Of a stretch of 64,000 nt of DNA, positions 60,592 through 64,000 are shown piece by piece. The stretch is taken from the NCBI GenBank assembly GCA_051883415.1, contig JBJETR010000041.1, forward strand, positions 9,642-73,641, in the 5' to 3' direction. A model generated the notes under the pieces. The model saw only the letters and a program-made list of their open reading frames with translations, made no database searches and had not been told where the DNA came from. Made by a program: the position numbers and the translations under genes. Each line of letters begins with the position of its first letter. Within the stretch, counting starts at the first letter, position 1. This DNA is from Christensenellales bacterium. GTDB lineage: Bacteria > Bacillota > Clostridia > Christensenellales > UBA3700.

Positions 60592-61774
60592 ATATCTTTT
60601 CTCCTTTGATTTCTTTGAATAGTGGCGACATATCTCTGAGATTGCCGATGATAGACACAAGTTGGTCTATGACGTATTGCGTTTGTTCCATAGTGTTAGA
60701 CTTGCCAAAACTAAAGCGTATCGTGCCATGTGCTATCTCAATAGGCACGCCTATCGACAACATCACGTAAGACGGCTCAAGCGAGCCCGACGAACAAGCC
60801 GAACCGCTAGACACCCTTATGCCTTGCATATCCAGCCTCATCAAAATCGACTCTCCCTCGACGTACTCGAAGCTAAAACTTGCGTTATTTGCCAAACGTT
60901 TGCTCATGTCTTTAGGTCCGTTGAAGTAGATATGAGGTATCTTCTCCAAGACTTGGGCTACAAAATAATCTCGTAGCTTAGCGATATGCTCGTTGTTGGC
61001 TTGCATACCCTCTACGGCAAGCTCTATTGCCTTGCCCATGCCTACGATAGCGGGAGTATTGATAGTACCTGCACGCATATTGCGTTCCTGCTCTCCGCCG
61101 TCCATGAATTTACCTATTCTCAATCCGTTGCGTTTGTATAGTACTCCCACACCCTTAGGTCCGTAGAACTTGTGCCCGCTCATAGACAACATATCTATAT
61201 TCATTGCCTTGACGTCGATAGGCACGTTACCCACGGCTTGCACGGCGTCGGTATGAAAAGCAATCTTATGTTTTTTGGCTATAGCTCCAATCTCTGCAAT
61301 AGGTTGTATTGCGCCCATCTCGTTGTTGGCAAACATGACAGATATGAGAATGGTACGCTCGGTGATTGCATCTTCCAACTGCTTGGTAGATATAATGCCC
61401 TCGCTATCCACGTCAAGATACGTCACCTCGAAGCCTTGTTTCTCCAAAGCCTTGCAAGTCTGAATTACAGCAGGGTGTTCTATCTTGGTGGTGATGATAT
61501 GATTACCCTTATCCTTGTGCATCTCTGCCATACCTTTGATAGCCCAATTATCCGACTCGCTACCACCCGAAGTAAAATACACTTCGCTAGGTAGACAACC
61601 TATCGCTTTGGCAATTCTTTCTCTTGCGATATCTACCGCCTTCAACGATTCTCTACCCGCCTTGTGTTGCGAAGACGCATTGCCAAACACCTCGGTAAAG
61701 TACGGCAACATCTCTTGCAAAACAATCGGATCGGTATAAGTCGTTGCCGAATGATCCAAATATATTTCTTCCAT
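60584..61774 (-). CDS. iscS: Cysteine desulfurase IscS/NifS (start adjusted)
   Basis: YLDHSATT, SGHKFYGPKG and SSGSAC motifs. Confidence 0.96.
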   Translation of the reverse strand: MEEIYLDHSATTYTDPIVLQEMLPYFTEVFGNASSQHKAGRESLKAVDIARERIAKAIGCLPSEVYFTSGGSESDNWAIKGMAEMHKDKGNHIITTKIEHPAVIQTCKALEKQGFEVTYLDVDSEGIISTKQLEDAITERTILISVMFANNEMGAIQPIAEIGAIAKKHKIAFHTDAVQAVGNVPIDVKAMNIDMLSMSGHKFYGPKGVGVLYKRNGLRIGKFMDGGEQERNMRAGTINTPAIVGMGKAIELAVEGMQANNEHIAKLRDYFVAQVLEKIPHIYFNGPKDMSKRLANNASFSFEYVEGESILMRLDMQGIRVSSGSACSSGSLEPSYVMLSIGVPIEIAHGTIRFSFGKSNTMEQTQYVIDQLVSIIGNLRDMSPLFKEIKGEKIYV

Positions 61775-62196
61775 TATTCCCTCGCAATAACGCTTGCCAA
61801 GGACATAGAATCCAAGCAATCGTTGATAGTTTTGTATAGTTTGTCCCACACGCTGTGGGTGGTGCAATGGCAACTCTCGCTGTTGCCACATTGTTTGCTA
61901 CATTCTCCCGACACGCAGTCGACTATCACTAGTCCGTCTTCCAACGCTCTAAGGATTTCGCCTACGCTTATATCCTCGGCGTTGCGGGGCAAAACGTATC
62001 CACCGCCCGCACCCCTAGACGAAGCTACCAATTCCGCCTTTTTGAGAGCGGAAAACAGTTGCTCCAAATACTTATCGCTTACGCCAATATCCTCGGCAAT
62101 GCTACTTAGCGCAACGACCTTGTCGTCGTAGGCTTGTCTTTCTGCCAGACAGCACATTGCTTTGAGTCCGTATCTTGCTTTGGAAGATAACTTCAT
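61774..62196 (-). CDS. iscR: Rrf2-family Fe-S regulator (start adjusted)
   Basis: YLEQLF and SRGAGGGY motifs; C-terminal Cys cluster; upstream of iscS. Confidence 0.88.
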   Translation of the reverse strand: MKLSSKARYGLKAMCCLAERQAYDDKVVALSSIAEDIGVSDKYLEQLFSALKKAELVASSRGAGGGYVLPRNAEDISVGEILRALEDGLVIVDCVSGECSKQCGNSESCHCTTHSVWDKLYKTINDCLDSMSLASVIARE

Positions 62197-62202
62197 AATA
62201 TC

Positions 62203-62287
62203 TCCTACTTGTTTACTAGGAATAGTGTACAATTATATTGTCGCATTGTCAAACGATTTTATACAATTCCTATAAATTTGGTAGGAA
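62203..62287. promoter_or_regulatory. Two TCCTA-N9-TAGGA operators flanking the iscR promoter
   Basis: Sites at 62203-62221 and 62267-62287; TTGACA-N17-TACACT between them. Confidence 0.7.
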
Positions 62288-62458
62288 ATCAATAATATGT
62301 GATTTTTGATTACAATCTTTTCAATAAATAGATTTGTATAACAAATAATATTTTGTAAAAAAATTGACACTTACAATCTATCGTGATAAAATTTTTGTAT
62401 AAAGGTAATGCTAAATTGCTATACCCCCAAGACCGAAAGATAAAAGAAGGACGTTGGT

Positions 62459-63031
62459 ATGTGTTGGCTTATTATAGAAACTGCTGCAGGTTTATTTGTA
62501 ATGGGTTTGGGTGCCCTTGCTGCTCAATCGGGCGCGGCATGGGCTCTTTTAGAAATCCCGTGCTATATCATAGGCGGACTTATTGCCGCTCCGGGCGCAA
62601 TATTATTATTGAGGAGTATATTAAGTCCTATTTTTAGTTTAATCTTCGGCGTACGTAAGTCTTCGCGTGATAAGTCCGACAAAAAGGGAGACAAAAGTAG
62701 TTCTAACGATCTCTCTAACGAAAATAAAAATGAAAACACAGAACTAAAAGAACCCGATAGCCACGTGGAATATTTGATTTGCAACGAAATTACAAAAAGG
62801 CTACCTCCGGTAACCCCGTCTACGGGATTATATTGCACAATCTATAGCGATTCGGCTTCTTTGAGCGGAACGATTACCTTGTGGTATTCCACCGACGTCG
62901 ATAAAGTAAGAAGTGCAATCAGTGACGGTTTCAACTCTGCCCTCCAAAAAGCAGCAGACAAGGGCTACGACGTCTACAATATATCCGGTTTGGACGTCAG
63001 CGGAGTTACTTTGCAAGTCGCCTCAACGTAA
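62459..63031 (+). CDS. Hypothetical membrane protein
   Basis: 2 N-terminal TM; upstream TTGACA-N17-TAAAAT; downstream terminator. Confidence 0.6.
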   Translation: MCWLIIETAAGLFVMGLGALAAQSGAAWALLEIPCYIIGGLIAAPGAILLLRSILSPIFSLIFGVRKSSRDKSDKKGDKSSSNDLSNENKNENTELKEPDSHVEYLICNEITKRLPPVTPSTGLYCTIYSDSASLSGTITLWYSTDVDKVRSAISDGFNSALQKAADKGYDVYNISGLDVSGVTLQVAST

Positions 63032-63050
63032 CGCTCACCAAAATAACACA

Positions 63051-63077
63051 AAAAGACCGCCAAAACAGCGGTCTTTT
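63051..63077. terminator. Bidirectional terminator
   Basis: AAAAGACCGC-N7-GCGGTCTTTT. Confidence 0.8.
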
Positions 63078-63104
63078 GCATAATAAGTCTTAGTCAATAT
63101 TACG

Positions 63105-63521
63105 TCAATCCCAATAACTTAATTTGTTGATATGCGCGGGATTTGCTTTATTCTCCTCTTCGTTATCCTCAATAATTCCGTCGTTACAAGTAATGCTCAC
63201 GTCCTTACACTTTATCCAGTTAGTATAACTTTCTTTGTAACTGCATTCCACCGGCGCATTGTGATAATAGTAACCATACCAATCGTGTTTGATGGTGATA
63301 TCTTCCCTAAAACCCTTCTTTATCTTTTTCCAATCGGCAACGCTACCTTCGTAAAAAACATGCACGCTTGTCTCTTTTGCGTCTTCTAAAACCGCCCATT
63401 GCAATTCTACCACCGAAGAAGGAATATACAGTTCCACCTCCGAGCAATTTTCTGCACTTAGTTCTCCGCACTTGACAACGTATTGTCCGCTATCTAACTT
63501 TATTATCTTTTTATCTACCAT
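63105..63521 (-). CDS. Hypothetical protein with a BspA-LRR cap-like motif
   Basis: YIPSSV...VFYEGSVADWKKIKKG...ITCNDG. Confidence 0.6.
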   Translation of the reverse strand: MVDKKIIKLDSGQYVVKCGELSAENCSEVELYIPSSVVELQWAVLEDAKETSVHVFYEGSVADWKKIKKGFREDITIKHDWYGYYYHNAPVECSYKESYTNWIKCKDVSITCNDGIIEDNEEENKANPAHINKLSYWD

Positions 63522-63770
63522 ACTCCACCTTTCCATTTGTTACGTGATTGTCGGTAATTGCATAATCATTGACTTATTATTGGGATTTGTATAACTACAA
63601 TATACCACTTTTTTTGTTTGACTTGCAATATTTTATCCAAAAATCCAAAAACATTGGGGCTCAATTTTGGCAAGTGACTTTTATGAGCAAAGTGGTCGGC
63701 ATTTTTGCCGACCACTGTTGTAACTTCTATTCTATTAGTATTTTTACCTAAATATAGTGACTTGTTTTTT

Positions 63771-63792
63771 ATTTTTGTCGACACGTATCGGG
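63771..63792 (+). repeat. 22-bp dispersed palindromic motif, copy 5
   Basis: ATTTTTGTCGACACGTATCGGG abutting the glyA stop codon. Confidence 0.8.
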
Positions 63793-64000
63793 TTATCTCA
63801 ATACGTCGCTTTCATACAAAGGATATTTTTTGCAAAGCTCAGCGACTTTAGCCGAACATCTCTCGATAGCCTCTTCGCCGTTGTCTACGAGGTCTACTAT
63901 GCACTCGGCGATTACTTCCATATCCTCTTCTTTCATTCCTCTGGAGGTTACGGCAGGAGTGCCGAGTCTTAGTCCGCTAGTCACGAACGGAGATTGTTTG
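63793..64000 (-). CDS. glyA: Serine hydroxymethyltransferase, 3' end (partial)
   Basis: [19 protein letters not shown]...LCKKYPLY. Confidence 0.93.
   Translation of the reverse strand, partial: KQSPFVTSGLRLGTPAVTSRGMKEEDMEVIAECIVDLVDNGEEAIERCSAKVAELCKKYPLYESDVLR

Noticed and set aside
62395-62458. Possible riboswitch in the 5' leader
   Set aside because: Only a weak hairpin; no recognisable aptamer consensus

Overview
This 64-kb window is core chromosome of a low-to-mid-GC, probably spore-forming Clostridia-type Firmicute (inferred from gene content and synteny). Most genes are on the minus strand. It holds copA and a chrA pair; a GH3 glucosidase; the conserved yloC-gmk-rpoZ-coaBC-priA-def-fmt-rsmB-rlmN-rsgA-rpe-spoVM / rpmB / asp23-fakA-recG-trmB region; pcrA-ligA; the lepA-hemW...hrcA-grpE-dnaK-dnaJ...prmA-rsmE-mtaB-hit-rpsU cluster (interrupted twice by accessory DNA); iscR-iscS-iscU; and the 3' end of glyA. 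I saw no rRNA, tRNA, CRISPR array, integrase or transposase. Four small genes missing from the ORF track were read by hand: rpsU, a spoVM-like gene, a 48-aa zinc-ribbon protein and a 44-aa membrane peptide. The most interesting unexplained signals are three. (1) A 22-bp palindrome-plus-A-tract motif (consensus ATTTTTGTCGATACGTATCGAG) occurs in five dispersed copies, four just after stop codons and one inside hemW. (2) Two predicted leaderless XRE repressor cassettes share one divergent-promoter scaffold but carry different operators, and there is a third decayed copy with an exact 32-bp remnant. (3) A mini-hairpin/ATATC array lies between rpmB and spoVM. All calls are by eye from sequence and family knowledge; no searches were run.
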